From assembly GCA_963514005.1 (NCBI GenBank), contig OY740782.1, forward strand, positions 21,204,001-21,268,000: a stretch of 64,000 nt of DNA, written 5' to 3'. The position numbers and the translations under genes are program-made. Below the pieces are notes generated by a model. The model saw only the letters and a list, made by a program, of their open reading frames with translations, was not told the DNA's origin and searched no databases. Below are positions 1-12,179 of the stretch, piece after piece. Origin of the DNA: Raja brachyura (taxonomy: Eukaryota). Positions within the stretch are counted from its first letter, which is position 1, and each line of letters begins with the position of its first letter.

Positions 1-1933
1 TGACAACAGATCCGCCTCCATATTCCTGATGGCCTTCCAGACCTGTAGACCCAGGTCTGTGTAGTTTAAGCAACTCTTTCAAAAATAAGTTACTTTATTA
101 TGGGTCGATCATTCTATCCAGGTTTAATTCCTGTAGAGTCTGGACTCATTGTGCTGTGTTCAGTGCTATTGCCATCACCATTTTAAGATGAGTAAGTCCA
201 GTGGTAAATCCGTCATAGGCGACCAGCTCCTGAGTAGGGTCAACACCATCCTTATCTCTCAGGTATTATAATATTGTGGTCAGGGAGGGATCAGTTTGGA
301 TAACAGCTGGTGATATCTGGCACTGTACACAGCACTCATCATAAAGACCCGTGAGGATGCCAGCACATTGGAGATCGTGGTCTTGGTCGCACTACAGATC
401 TTCTCTGCACGATTTGTATGACGTCCATGGTCCTTTATGTTCCAGAATCTGGGTACGTTTTCTGCAACACCTGACTGATGAGGCAGAATGGGGAAAGCAT
501 CGAAATCCATTTCCCCCAATGTAGCGAGAACTCGTCCATCGCCACTCCCAGGATCTGGTTCTCAAGAGACACATATATGTACCTAATGGTTCACCTGGAC
601 GCAAGGAGGTCGATATCTGGTGTTCCATATTAGGTTATAATTTTAGCAAATATTTGGAGGTTCAACATCCACTTGGTGTCATTATTAGATACTTGTGACC
701 TGGTGTCCGCCACTGTATTGAGCTTAACCAGAAGGTACATAGCTGATATCCAAATATTTCTTTCAATGCACCAGAGCCAAATTAATTTTTCCAATTAATC
801 ACAAGATATTGACTTAATACTACCAATAAGGTTTGAATATGCCACCTTAGTGGTATTCTATGAAGATGGACATACGTATGCTGCAGATTAGTGCATGAAG
901 CCCGCAGCCCGTGACATGCTCCCAGCATATCTGAACAGTCCCAGCCATTAGTGCTTGCGCCGGTTTGTAACACGGCTAATGGGTTTTATGTAATGATGGG
1001 ATCTAACAATCACAAACATTGCTAATCCACCATTGTAGTTCAATTTATGCCTTGATTGGCGGCTGCATAGGCCCGTAAAAATGTACAGCATTCGCTATTA
1101 ATGCCAAGATTTTGCTCTTTGCAAGCTTTATGTAGCTAGAATGTAGCTACAAGTTACCAATTACCTTAGCAGCATGTCTAATAGTCGGTTTCCTGGCGCA
1201 AGCAAGGCTGTTACATGCCTCTATAATGTCTATTGCTTTGTTCCCTGGGATAGTGACAATCAGACCCATGTATCCCAGAATGTATGTAACCTCTCTCCTA
1301 CTTGTGAGGTTATACATGCAGCACTCTCTGGAGAACCAGACCCCTTACCTCCATGGTTACCGGCGTGCCTGACGTTCTGGTTCCTGGTGTTCCGTTGGAT
1401 TGTGTTGAGGTGCTGCTGACGTGTGGGTCCTTACTGGTCTTTCAGGTGGCCCCCGAGGTCTTGCATATGATGTTTGCCCGCGTACTGCCGGCCTGCTGGA
1501 GGGAGGTGGGTTCAACCCGACTGCCTCCTTCTCCTAATCCAGGTCCTTGACCTGTATGGGCAGGTCCTCATCGAACAGCTGTCTTGGTGGAGGCGTCGCA
1601 GATGCCTTGTACAACCCCGCAAATATGGGGTTAAGGAGTCGGTTAAATGGCAATATTCCAGGAAGCGTTAACTTCATTATTAATATCGCAAGAGCATCCT
1701 CCTGCTCTGCTGTAATTTCCGAACCGTCAACCGACCTGGCAAAGGCAGTAATCCCCGACCTCAACAATTTCAGGATCTTTGTAATTTCAGTTCCTGTGCC
1801 CTATCCCGGGGCTATTGTTACCGTAGATGGGCGTGTTGACTGTCGGTACATACAACGATGTGCAGTTGTTTGGGCCTTGTATTTGTTGACCGCCTTGGTA
1901 AGGACCTGTTCCTGCAGCTGGTGTGTAGTGAGG

Positions 1934-2246
1934 GTTACACAAAAAGCTGGAGAAACTCAGCGGGTGCAGCAGCATCTAAGGAGCGAAGGAGATAGGCGAC
2001 GTTTCGGGTCGAGACCCTTCTTCTTTAACACTTTGTCTACTCCACTGCGATATCTCCTCAAGGTATGCCTACTTTGAAGAAGTTCTCCTCCTCCCTACGA
2101 AGGCAGTTTAGCAGTCTGAAGAAGGGTCTCGACCCGAAACGTCGCCTATCTCCCTCGCTCCTTAGATGCTGCTGCACCCGCTGAGTTTCTCCAGCTTTTT
2201 GTGTAACCCTCGATTCTCCAGCATCTGCAGTTTCTTCTTTAAAACA
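1934..2246 (+). mobile_element. Miniature Penelope-like element (inverted pLTR + ORF start + pLTR) inserted in DIRS gag
   Basis: 15-bp direct repeat TGGTGTGTAGTGAGG at 1919-1933 and 2247-2261; ~93-bp inverted arms 1930-2023 and 2118-2211; the right arm is almost identical to the pLTR at ~59445-59570 behind a GIY-YIG ORF. Confidence 0.85.
2116..2143 (+). ncRNA. Minimal hammerhead ribozyme motif in PLE pLTR
   Basis: CTGAAGA-A-GGGTC-TC-GACCC-GAAACGTC: CUGANGA core, helix II hairpin, GAAA, palindromic ACGT, GUC site. Helix I is weak in the monomer. Confidence 0.65.
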
Positions 2247-3649
2247 TGGTGTGTAGTGAGGTAGTCCGCTAGCCCCATAATTGGGCTGCAACACGCTGAC
2301 CTGTGCTTCAGCTGGGCGAACTTGGAGACCACATTCAGCAGTTCCTCCTGGGTTGTCTTAGGTACTATAGGTTCCTGCTCCACCCTACTTATGTGTTGGC
2401 CAGCTGCTGATTCGTAGCTTTCCCCACCAATGACGGGGACATGCTGGGTGGCCCAGCCGCATGTCTCCAGGACTGGAGGACATCTGGTCCAGCTGCAGAT
2501 TGTGCTCTAGGATACGCTCCATCGTGCGCTCCATCCAAGCCATGCGACCGCCGCCGCATCTGCGGACGACAAGTCGACTTCCTCAGGTTCTTGAGAATCT
2601 CTGAGGCTTCTGTCATTGCCCTGCACCTCGTCGAGGTGAGAACAAGGGTGCCTAGACAGGATGTCGCTGCCTGCCGCTTCTGTGTGGCTAAGCGACTCCC
2701 GCGCGGACATGCCGCTAGTCCGTCATCTTCCAGACGGAGGCGGCCTGCTAGTCTGATAAGACATGAGCGGTGATGAGTCAGTCCCGGCCGCCGAAGCGTG
2801 GTACCCCGACGTCCGGGCAGGCTTGCCGCCTGTCCTCCTTAGGGACAAAGGCGACGTTCAGTCACGTCCTGCCGCTAAAAAGGGGGTGCGGTGACCAAGA
2901 TGAGACTGCACTGGCCCGCAATCTGGCAGGCTCCCCCGGTGATGAGTCTGTGCCGGCCGCACATGCGGGGCTTGCAGACCCAGGCCTGAATCCTTCACCG
3001 GTCCGCGATCTGGCGGCCTGCTCCGATGGAAAGTCGACCCCGGCTCCTACAGCGGGGCTCACCGACTGTTGTGCGATTCTTCCCCTGGTCCTCCCTCTGG
3101 TGACCTGCATAATTGGGGAGAGAGAACGTGATCACATTTACGTACCTTTGCTCCACTGTCCCTATGCTAATATGACAGTGGTAGGGAGTCAGGGTCTTGC
3201 CGACCCTGCTCCCGCGCGGTGCTCCTACCACTTTACAGCTCCATGGCCAGCCGTGGTGGAGAATCGGGTCCTGGCTGCGTAGGGCTCCCTGGTTTCTGCG
3301 TTCTTATCCCGGCCCACAGAGCGAATGCTGCCGGCGTTGCGGGCAGCTCCAGGAATAGTGGGCGCTGACTCACATCCGAAGTCCCATGGTCCAGGAAGGC
3401 ATACTTCGATGCTTTCATTCTGGCCTCCCATCCATTGTTTCTGTAAGCAAAGTCTAGTATAGAAGCTAACAACTCAAGGTTAGTATCTTACTTGAGGGTC
3501 TTTATGAGCTTCCGCACTCTTTTCCCCTAGCTCCAATGGTAACCAGAATCTCATGCGGGACATAGACTGCCGCTAACGGCAAGCCTCCCACCTATGTGTG
3601 AGTCGGGGCCCTGGCTCTGTCTACTACTCTATAGGGTAGCATAACCGTT

Positions 3650-4420
3650 AGTCCGCGGTGTACCTGCGGCCTGTGGCGTCGAGTCGGAGCTCCTGCTCTG
3701 CCTTCGCTGCCCGCGAATGGCAGTCTCCGAGCCCGGATCCTGGTCCACGGGCTTGTCCGACTTCCAGGTAGCGTTGCTGTCAGCCCGTGGTGCCCCTGCA
3801 GGCAGCGGTGTAGATTCGGGCTGCCGCTCTGCCGTCGCTACCTGCGAACGGCGAGTGTGTGCCCGGACCCTACTGGGTCAATGAGCTGCCCAACCTTGCC
3901 CGGGTAAGTAAAACTGTCAGCCCACAGAGTCCTTGCGGGCTGCGGTGTAGATTCGTGCTGCCGATCTGCCGTCACTACGCAAACGGCGAGTGTGAGCCCG
4001 GACCCTACTGGGTCAACGTGCTGCCCTGTTGTAAAAATAAAGTCAGGCAACGGCGTAAGTAAAGTCCTCAGCTCTCAGCTGTTGCCTGCAAGCCCCATTC
4101 CCTGTTTAATACAGACTGCGTGCTGGGAGACAGGGATACTGCAGGCTGTGGAGTAGAGTTGAGTTGGGGCTAGCCCCCAGTCCTTTGTTAATGCCGTCAG
4201 CACACTGTGTCCTGCGGGCTGCGGTGTAAAATCGGGCTGCTGCTCTGCCATCACTATCCGCGAACGGCGAGCCTACAAGCCCCCACTCCTATATTAATGC
4301 CGTCAGCCCGCAGTATCCTTGCGGGCTGCGGTGTAGAGTCGGGCTACATCTGCCGTCCTCCGCCAGCGAGTGTGAACCCGGACCCACCTGGGTCAACGGG
4401 CTCTTCCCGACTCCATACTA
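3650..4420. repeat. Imperfect GC-rich tandem repeat (~110-140-bp units, ~5-6 copies)
   Basis: Recurring tgcgggctgcggtgtaga(t/g)tcgggctg..ctctgccgtc..cgaacggcgagtgtga..ccggaccc..ctgggtcaa near 3665, 3797, 3934, 4213, 4320. Confidence 0.75.
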
Positions 4421-4537
4421 TAGTGCCGCCGCTGACTGCCCGCATTCCGCGGTCCGCAGTCAGTGCCAAAGCGGCCTGGAGTACTCTGAAAACAGCGTCC
4501 CTGAAATGAAAAAAGGACGGCGGGTTAGTTTTTCCTT

Positions 4538-5493
4538 ACATAGTAACATAAAAACATAGAAATTAGGTGCAGGAGTAGGCCATTTGGCCCTTCGAGTCAG
4601 CACCGCCATCCAACTCAGTATCCCGTACCTGCCTTCTCTCCATACCCCCTGATCCCCTTAGCCACAAGGGCCACATCTAACTCCCTCTTAAATATAGCCA
4701 ATGAACTGGCCTCAACTCACCTCTGTAGCAGAGAGTTGCAGAGACCCACCACTCTCTGTGTGAAAAAAGTCCTTCTCATCTCGGTCCTAAAGGATTTCCC
4801 CCTTATCCTTAAGCTGTGACCCCTTATCCTGGACCTCCCCAACATCGGGAACAATCTTCCTGCATCTAGCCTGTCCAACCTCTTAAGAATTTTGTAAGAT
4901 CGCCTCTCAATCTCCTAAATTCTAGAGAGTATAAACCGAGTCTATGCAGTCTTTGTTCATAAGACAGTCCTGACATCCCAGGAATCAGTCTGGTGAACCT
5001 TCTCTGCACTCCGTCTATGGCAATAATGTCCTTCCTCAGATTTGGAGACCAGAACTGTACTCAATACTCCAGGTGTGGTCTCACCAAGACCCTATACAAC
5101 TGAAGTAGAACTTCCCTGCTCCTATACTCAAATTCTTTTGCTATGAAAGCTAACATACCATTCTCTTTCTTCACTGCCTGCTGCACCTGCACGCCTACTT
5201 TCAATGACTGGTGTACCATGACTCCCAGGTCGCGCTGCATCTCCCCTTTTCCTAATCGGCCACCATTTAGATAATAGTCTGCTTTTGTGTTTTTGCCACC
5301 AAAGTGGATAACCTCACATTTATCCACATTATACCGCATCTGCCAAACATTTGCCCACTCACCCAGCCTATCCAAGTCACCTTGCAGTCTCCTAGCATCC
5401 TCCTCACAGCTAACACTGCCCCCCAGCTTTGTGTCATCCGCAAACTTGGAGCTATTGCCTTCAATTCCCTCATCCAGATCATTAATGTATATT
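4538..5493 (-). mobile_element. CR1-type LINE 3' fragment (RT C-terminus, 3'UTR)
   Basis: ORF 5061-5375 WANVWQMRYNVDKCEVIHFG...LVRPHLEY; microsatellite-like tail near 4538-4560. Confidence 0.95.
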
Positions 5494-5842
5494 GTAAAAA
5501 AATATTAACTTTTTTTCTCTGTTGTCTGCCGGGCAACCTTGGCAGCTTTTTAGGTTGCCAAATGACAGTTTCGGTGGTAATTTAAGATGGCTTGCTAATG
5601 TGCTCGGACGAAGTGCATGGTTAGCAGTTGGAACTATGCTCAATGAAGCATTCACATATTATTTCTGCTTCAAATGAAGTCACAAACTAAACATATTCAC
5701 CAATCACGACATGATATATACCACAATGACATGCGGCAACATTATAATCCAGTATCTCAATTCTTTTTACATGTTGCAATGAATGCAATTTCAATTATTT
5801 TGTTCCACTTCCAAACAAAAATATGGTTGGATTATTCAGCGT

Positions 5843-6283
5843 ATGATTAACCTCGGTGAGACCAAGCGCAGGCTTGGCGATCGCGTCGCCCAACACCTCC
5901 ACTTGGTTCGCAATAACCAACCTGATCTCCCAGTCACTCAGCATTTCACCATCCCCCCCCATTCCGAATCCGACCTTTCTGTCATGGGCCTCTTCCATGG
6001 CCAGTGAGGCCCATCGTAAATTGGAGGAGCAGAACCTCATATTTGCTTGGGCAGTTTACACCCCAACGGCATGACCATTCACTTCTTCAACTTGTGGTAG
6101 TCCCTGCTTTCTCCTCCAGTTCCCAGCTCTCGCTCAGCCCACTGTCTCAGCCTTGTCCTTTCTTCTTCCTGCCCCCCCCACCCTCACATCAGTCTGAAGA
6201 AGGGTCTCGACCCGAAACGTCAGCTATTTCCTTTTGCTCCATAGATGCTCACCCGCTGAGATTCTCCAGCATTTTTGTCTACC
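5843..6283 (+). mobile_element. Penelope-like element 3' fragment (GIY-YIG C-terminus + pLTR, hammerhead motif 6194-6221)
   Basis: GETKRRLGDRVAQHL...QPDLPVTQHF; CTGAAGAAGGGTCTCGACCCGAAACGTC. Confidence 0.9.
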
Positions 6284-6507
6284 CATTCACGCACATTCTG
6301 TTATCCCACTTTCCTCACCCACTCCCTGCACATTAGGGGCAATTTTACAGAGACAAGTTAACCTACAAAGCCAATGCTCTTTGGGATGTGGGAGGAAACC
6401 CACACGCTTGCAGGGAGAATGTGCAAATTCAACACAGACAGTGCCCGAGGACCGGATCGAACACAGATCTCTGGCGTGTGAGACAGCAAGTCCACCAGCT
6501 GTGCCAC
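6284..6507 (-). mobile_element. HE1/V-SINE-like tRNA-derived SINE, degenerate
   Basis: Reverse complement resembles the SINE at 12858-13167 (GTTCGATCC box, GGTTTCCTCCCACATCCCAAAG core). Confidence 0.75.
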
Positions 6508-6606
6508 TATATTTTGTTTTTCAACACACAAAATATTATACGTTGATAACTTTGGTTAGTAAAAAAATGGAAAAAAACTCTTTTCAGTCTTTAATCCCCA
6601 TGCCTC

Positions 6607-7400
6607 AAAGACTATCGACCAGTGGCATTTACGTCGGTGGTGATGAAGTGCTTTCAGAGGTTGATCATGGTGCAAATCAACTCCTACCTTGCCAAAAACG
6701 TGCACCCACTGCAGTTCGCCTACCGCCACAACAGATCAACGTTGGATGCGATCTCACTGGCCCTCCACTTCGCTCTGGACCACTTGGACAACAAAAATTC
6801 ATATGTCAGGCTGTTATTCATTGATTACAGCTCGGCATTTAATACAATCATCCCCTCCAAGCTGGTTACCAAACTCGCAGAAGTGGGTCTCTGCTCATCC
6901 CTCTGCAACTGTATCCTCGACTTCCTCATTCACAGACCACAGACTGTTCAAATTGGTGGAAAGGTGTTAGCCTCGTTAACAATCAGCACGGGAGCACCTC
7001 AAGGCTGCTTGCTCAGCCCCCTGCTGTACTCACTCTATACTCATGACTGCGTAGCTAGTCATAGTGCAAACTCCATCTTCAAGTTGCCACTGTTGTCGGA
7101 CCTATCACTGATGGGGATGAGTCAGAGTATAGAAGAGAGATCGACCGACTGACCAAATTGTGCCAGCACAATAACCTGGCCCTCAACACCAGCAAAACCA
7201 AGGAACTGATTGTGGACTTTGGAAGAGGTAGGATGGGGACCCACAGTCCTGTTTATATCAACGGGTCGATGGTGGAAAGGGTCAAGAGCTTCAAATTCCT
7301 GGGCGTGCACATCTCTGAAGATCTCTCTTGGTCCGAGGATACTTATGCAATTATAAAGAAAGCACATCAGGGCCTCTACTTCCTGAGAAGATTACGGAGA
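6607..7400 (+). mobile_element. Rex1/Babar-type LINE RT fragment
   Basis: [20 protein letters not shown]...[17 protein letters not shown]...[20 protein letters not shown]; frameshift then LALNTSKTKELIVDF...FKFLGVHIS. Confidence 0.92.
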
Positions 7401-7637
7401 GTCCGTATATGGGTTTTCTCCGGGTGCTCTTGTTTCCTTCCACATTCCAAAGGTGTGCAGGAACCTATTCCAGACCCAACCCAAAACGTAATATTTTCCT
7501 TTTGTCCAAAGATTCCATCTGACTTGTTGAGTTACTCAAGCTTTTGTGTCTATCTTCAGTTTAAACCAGCATCTGTAGTTCCTTACTACACACACGATAC
7601 TATACGATAGAACTTTATTAATCCCAGGAGGGAAATT

Positions 7638-7692
7638 GTGTGTGTGTGGGTATATATATTACACACACACACACACACAAATATATATATCA
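7638..7692. repeat. Compound (TG)n/(TA)n/(CA)n microsatellite
   Basis: Directly visible. Confidence 0.9.
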
Positions 7693-8874
7693 TTGTTCTA
7701 ACTGGGACATGAGAGTAAAACACTCTTGACTCTTGATTTACGTTGCTAATTTATGGGATGAAACTAGTGTACGGGTGATCGGTGGTCGGCGTGGACTCGG
7801 TGGGCCGAAGGGCCTGTTTCCACGCCGTATCTTTAAATTAAACTACAAAACACTAAAACCAGAGGGAGACTAATGAAGGGTCTCTACCCACAATTTCACC
7901 CAATTTCTTTTATCCAGAGATGCTGGCTGCTCCGTTGAGTTCCCACGCACAATTAAAGCATGGAATAGTCTTCACCCTACCATAGTTACCCAACCAGATG
8001 CAACTAAATTTAAGGTAGCTCTTTTTTCACCAAGAACCCTTTTTTGCTTAAGTCCAAGTCAAGAGTTAATAGAGTTTTATTGTCATGTGTCCCAGAATGG
8101 ACAATGAAATTCTTGCTTGCTGCAGCACAACACAATATGTAAACACAATACAGAACAGGAGTAAAAGTTCAGTGTGTCTATATACCATAGACCATATATA
8201 CACACAATAATTCAACATATAAAATGCAATAGGCTGTTATTGTTCAGAGTTTGGAGTTTGGTGATGGACCTTCCAACACCTCCAGTTTAAATTCCATTTA
8301 GAATATTTTTGGAGGACCAGGAAACCAGAAGCAAGAGTTAATCCAGGGAGTTACTCCAGCTCCAGGGAGTGATTCTGCATATGTTTTCAGCGGTCGCAGC
8401 GAGGTGGCAACCGGCAGCAATGGCGGCCAGGTCTCCCACAATTCAAAGCGAGGGAGAAAGTGCCCAGCGCCAACAAGTTGCCGAGGCAGTGCGCATGTGC
8501 AGGGCGACCGATAATGTGCTGGCTGTGGTTGTGGTCATGTGCAGGGGGAGGATGTGCTGGCCGTCGCAGTGCGCATGTGCAAGGCGGCCAACCATGCCAG
8601 CAGATGAGGTGTCAGCGGAGACCTGGCGGCCCGGACTTGGATGCGGATGGCAGGCAGCGACAGAGAGAGAGGGATAGAGAGGGGGGCCCGCTCAGAGTTA
8701 AATGGCAGGTGGCAATTGGCACCTGGGCAACCACTAATTTCGAGTCCTGCCTTGGCCGGAGGCCCTCTAGATTTCAAGGCCCTAGGCTTCAGCCTACGAC
8801 ACCTAATGGTAAATTCAGCTCTGGGAACAGGATTAGGCCACTTTGGACCATCGTCAACTCTGCCATTTAATCAT

Positions 8875-9160
8875 TTGATCATCTATCTTTCCCTCTCAAC
8901 CTCATTCTCCTGCCTTCTCCCCATAACCCATGTCACCCGTACTAATCAAGAATCTTTCAATCTCCTCCTTAAAAATATCCACTGATGGCCCCCACAGCCT
9001 TCTGTGGCATTGAAATCCATAGATACACCATTAAAGAAATTCCTCTTCATCTCCTTTCTAAAGGTACATCCTTTTATTCTGAGGCTATGGCCCCTGGTCG
9101 TAGGTTCTCCCACTAGTGGAAACATCCTCTTCACATCCACTCCATCCAGGCCTTTCACTA
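8875..9160 (-). mobile_element. CR1 3' end fragment
   Basis: ORF 8946-9158 KGLDGVDVKRMFPLVGEPTTRGHSLRIKG. Confidence 0.88.
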
Positions 9161-10627
9161 TTTGCCCTGCAACCTAAACCCAAGTGTCTGAAATTCCCTC
9201 CTTTAAGCTTTCTGTGATCCCACATTCCTCTCTTCCTCCAAGGCCATTTGTAAAACCCATTTCTATTACCCCAAATATCTCCATCTTTGCCAGTCCTTTT
9301 TTTAATACACATGCATGAAGCCATGTGGGTCCTGTCTTTACAGTTAAAGTGCTACATAAACAGTTGATTATTGCCTTGGCAATGATGTCAGATCTCTTTA
9401 GAAATCGGGACGCCTTCAGAAACCTGTGTGCTTAAACCTTTTTCCAATTTGGTGTCTGCTTTAATGCAGGAACAACTTGGTTTCCCTTAGCAACAACACC
9501 ATGTTGTAAGCTGATGCTGTGGTGATATGCAGCAATAATGGCCAAAGACAGCAGAAAAATTCAATTTGTGAGGGAACAGCTGTGAGTCAGAAAACCGGAT
9601 GCCTGACCTATACAATTGACTTGCAGGCCACCCAATGTTTTAATGAGAGAGCACAAACAGTCCAGTTTTGGCATCATTTCACATTACTGAAAAGAATCAA
9701 AGGCTTTGTGTCATGTGGATAGCCAAGTTCTGCCCAAGCACAAACCCTTACCTTTTTACATGGGCATTGATACAGGATTAGGTTTTCATCGGCAGATGGA
9801 GGTCAGAATCCCGCTGCATTTTCCTCCATATTTATTGCACTTTTATTGGGCAGTGCATTATTTCTCAATATTGGTTTCCCCAGATAGTGCATGCCTTTGC
9901 CACCTTCCGTGAATCAATGTGGTTACTGAAGAGAAAATTACCGCTGCTTTATGGGTTCCAAAGAAATTGTAGTGTTGAGACATGTGGAGTTCAAAGGAGC
10001 CAGAAATAGATAGTTCATTACTGCCACAGGACTTGCATTAAAACTCCTTCCGTATCGATCTGGACGTTTTAAAGTAAGTACCCACATGCCTCATTTGCCG
10101 ATAGAGGAGATGAACTTTCATAGAGTCGTGCCATTGCAGCACAATGACCTGTAAACCATTTTTGCATCAGAGCCACTTCCTGCAGTGCAACTGAAAGTTT
10201 ACTGCAACAAGGTGCCAATGGATTCTTTAAAGCAAATCTAGGAGGCACCTGCCATGACTTGGAGTGCATACGTGATTGCCGTTATGTTTGTGAGGACACG
10301 GACAACAACTTTAGCACTTTTACTGGGAACAAGATTAAAGTACACTGGGCAGAGAGTTCTCACTAATTGGCAGGAATACCTTGAATACAAAGCGCTACAT
10401 GTAGTTATTGTGTGGACGGCACTATCTGTCATAACTCGTGGCTTCACATATTATTTAGAGTTACATAGGAATAGGGTGGTGAGTTAATAGGGTGGGGAAC
10501 AAGCTAACAGATGAGATAGTTGAGGCTGGGACTATCCCAAAGTTTAAGAAACAGTTTGGACAGGTTTGGAGGGATATGGATCAAGTAAGTGGGACTAGTG
10601 TAGCTGGGATATGTTGGCCAGTGTGGG

Positions 10628-11133
10628 CAATAGACAATAGACAATAGGTGCAGGAGTAGGCCATTCAGCCCTTCGAACCAGCACCGCCATTCAATGTGAT
10701 CATGGCTGATCATCCACAATCAGTACCCCGTCCCTGCCTTCTCCCCATATCCCCTGACTCTGCTATCTTTAAGAGCCCTATCTAGCTCTCAATTGAAAGT
10801 ATCCAGAGAACATGCCTCCACCACCCACTGAGGCAGAGAATTCCGCAGATTCACAACTCTCGGTGAAAAAGTATTTCCTCATCTCCGTTTTAAATGGCTT
10901 ACCCCTTATTCTTAAACTGTGGCCCCTGGTTCTGGACTCCCCCAACATCGGGAACATGTTTCCTGCCTTTAGCGTGTCCAAACCCTTAATAATCTTATAT
11001 GTTTCAATAAGATCCTCTCTCATCCTTCTAAATTCCAGAGTGTACAAGCCCAGCCGCTCCATTCTCTCAGCATATGACAGTCCCGCCATCCGGGAATTAA
11101 TCTTGTGAACCTACGCTGCACTCCATCAATAGC
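10628..11133 (-). mobile_element. CR1 3' fragment nested antisense in an older + strand CR1 3' end (~10505-11180)
   Basis: ORF 10778-11089 GLSYAERMERLGLYTLEFRRMREDLIETYK; (caataga)n tail at 10628; the host tail resumes with gttgggccgaagg at ~11136. Confidence 0.88.
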
Positions 11134-12179
11134 AAGTTGGGCCGAAGGACCTGTTTCCACACTATCACTCTAAGACTATAATTACAGTATGGAAATACTA
11201 TACATTATTCAATCCAACCAGTCAGAGTTGACATTATTCCTTCACTGTAAGGTAACTCTGTGTGCCTGTCCAATTCCCACATCATATTCTCCGGGCCAGC
11301 TGCAGCTGGGACTGTAAAATGGCACCTCCTGCAAATGGACTCAGTGGGCTGTTCTGTATATTCTGTACTGACCGGGGGATTGTGCTCACCCACGGGAATA
11401 GTCTTTTGCATACAGCTGAGCTGAGCTGTATGCAAAAAAAGTATTTCACTGTTCCTTGGTACACGTGATAATAAATAAACCATTGAAACATTGAACCCTT
11501 TGTCAATCATGGGATAAGAGCAGGTAGTTCGTACGACACAACTAACTTGACGCCAATATCGCCATAATTCTGCTTCAATCACAAGCACTGGTGAGACATT
11601 CCTGCACGTTACAATCCTGTGAAAATCAAGCATCTTATCCTCAATTAATATTCAGCTGATATCTGACTTGAGAAATAAAGTGTTAACATATCATGCAGGT
11701 GCTTTAAAATGAAATCCAAAGTTGCAATAGAGAATGTTGAAATACTTAGCAGGTCAGAGAGCACCTGAATCATTGAGTAACGCAGACAAATGGCACGGAA
11801 ACCTACGGCCCTATGGCCCACTGAGTTCATACCATCAAATATCCATTTACACTAATCCTATGTTAATCCCACTTTTTATTGTTCCCACGTTCTCATTAAT
11901 TCTCCCCAGATTCTACAACTCATCCACATCCTCGAGGCAATTTATGGTGGCCAATTAACTTACCAACCTGCACATGTTTGGTATGTGGGAGGAAACTGCA
12001 GCACTCAGGGGTGGAACCCACACAGGCAGCACTCGAGGTCAGGATTGAATTTAAGTCTCTTTTGAGGCACAGAGTGCAGAATATAGGTCTCAGCATTGTA
12101 GCGCATCGGTTCCATAGTCAAAGTCCAATGTCTGCAATGGGGTATGTGAATCAAACAGTGCCCTATCTTGTGGAAGGAC

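Larger units (their letters stand above)
1..3500 (-). mobile_element. Degenerate DIRS1-like tyrosine-recombinase retrotransposon (gag, RT C-terminus, RNase H, MT-like region, YR), running off the left window edge
   Basis: Minus-strand translation gives gag-like NNCTSLYVPTVNTPI (~1830-1880), RT thumb ...KPTIRHAAKVIGNL and ELQWWISN (~1020-1200), RNase H TGASTNGW (TDASxxGWG-like, ~950), WCIERNIWISA..NTVADTRS..WMLN..IF.KI...YGTPDIDL (~600-780), and YR-like LLRSWSP..DL.L / TLQ.L.LD / ELLK..RPG (1-240). Many stops and frameshifts; 5' boundary uncertain (may reach ~4500). Confidence 0.85.

Noticed and set aside
1-2400. Endogenous RNA virus or retrovirus
   Set aside because: Motifs fit DIRS gag/RNase H/tyrosine recombinase; no env or viral polymerase signature.
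2441-3472. Overlapping 70-170 aa ORFs as host genes
   Set aside because: GC-rich sequence open on both strands, no recognisable domain, adjacent to the DIRS element.
3650-4420. CRISPR-like repeat-spacer array
   Set aside because: Eukaryotic context; units are long and diverged, without unique spacers or cas genes.
8369-8985. Cluster of 80-136 aa ORFs
   Set aside because: GC-rich, internally repetitive (tgcgcatgtgc), probably a DNA-transposon remnant; no protein motif.
10030-10073. Plus-strand micro-exon (cag...gtaagt, LALKLLPYRSGRFK)
   Set aside because: Weak polypyrimidine tract and no partner exons on the plus strand.
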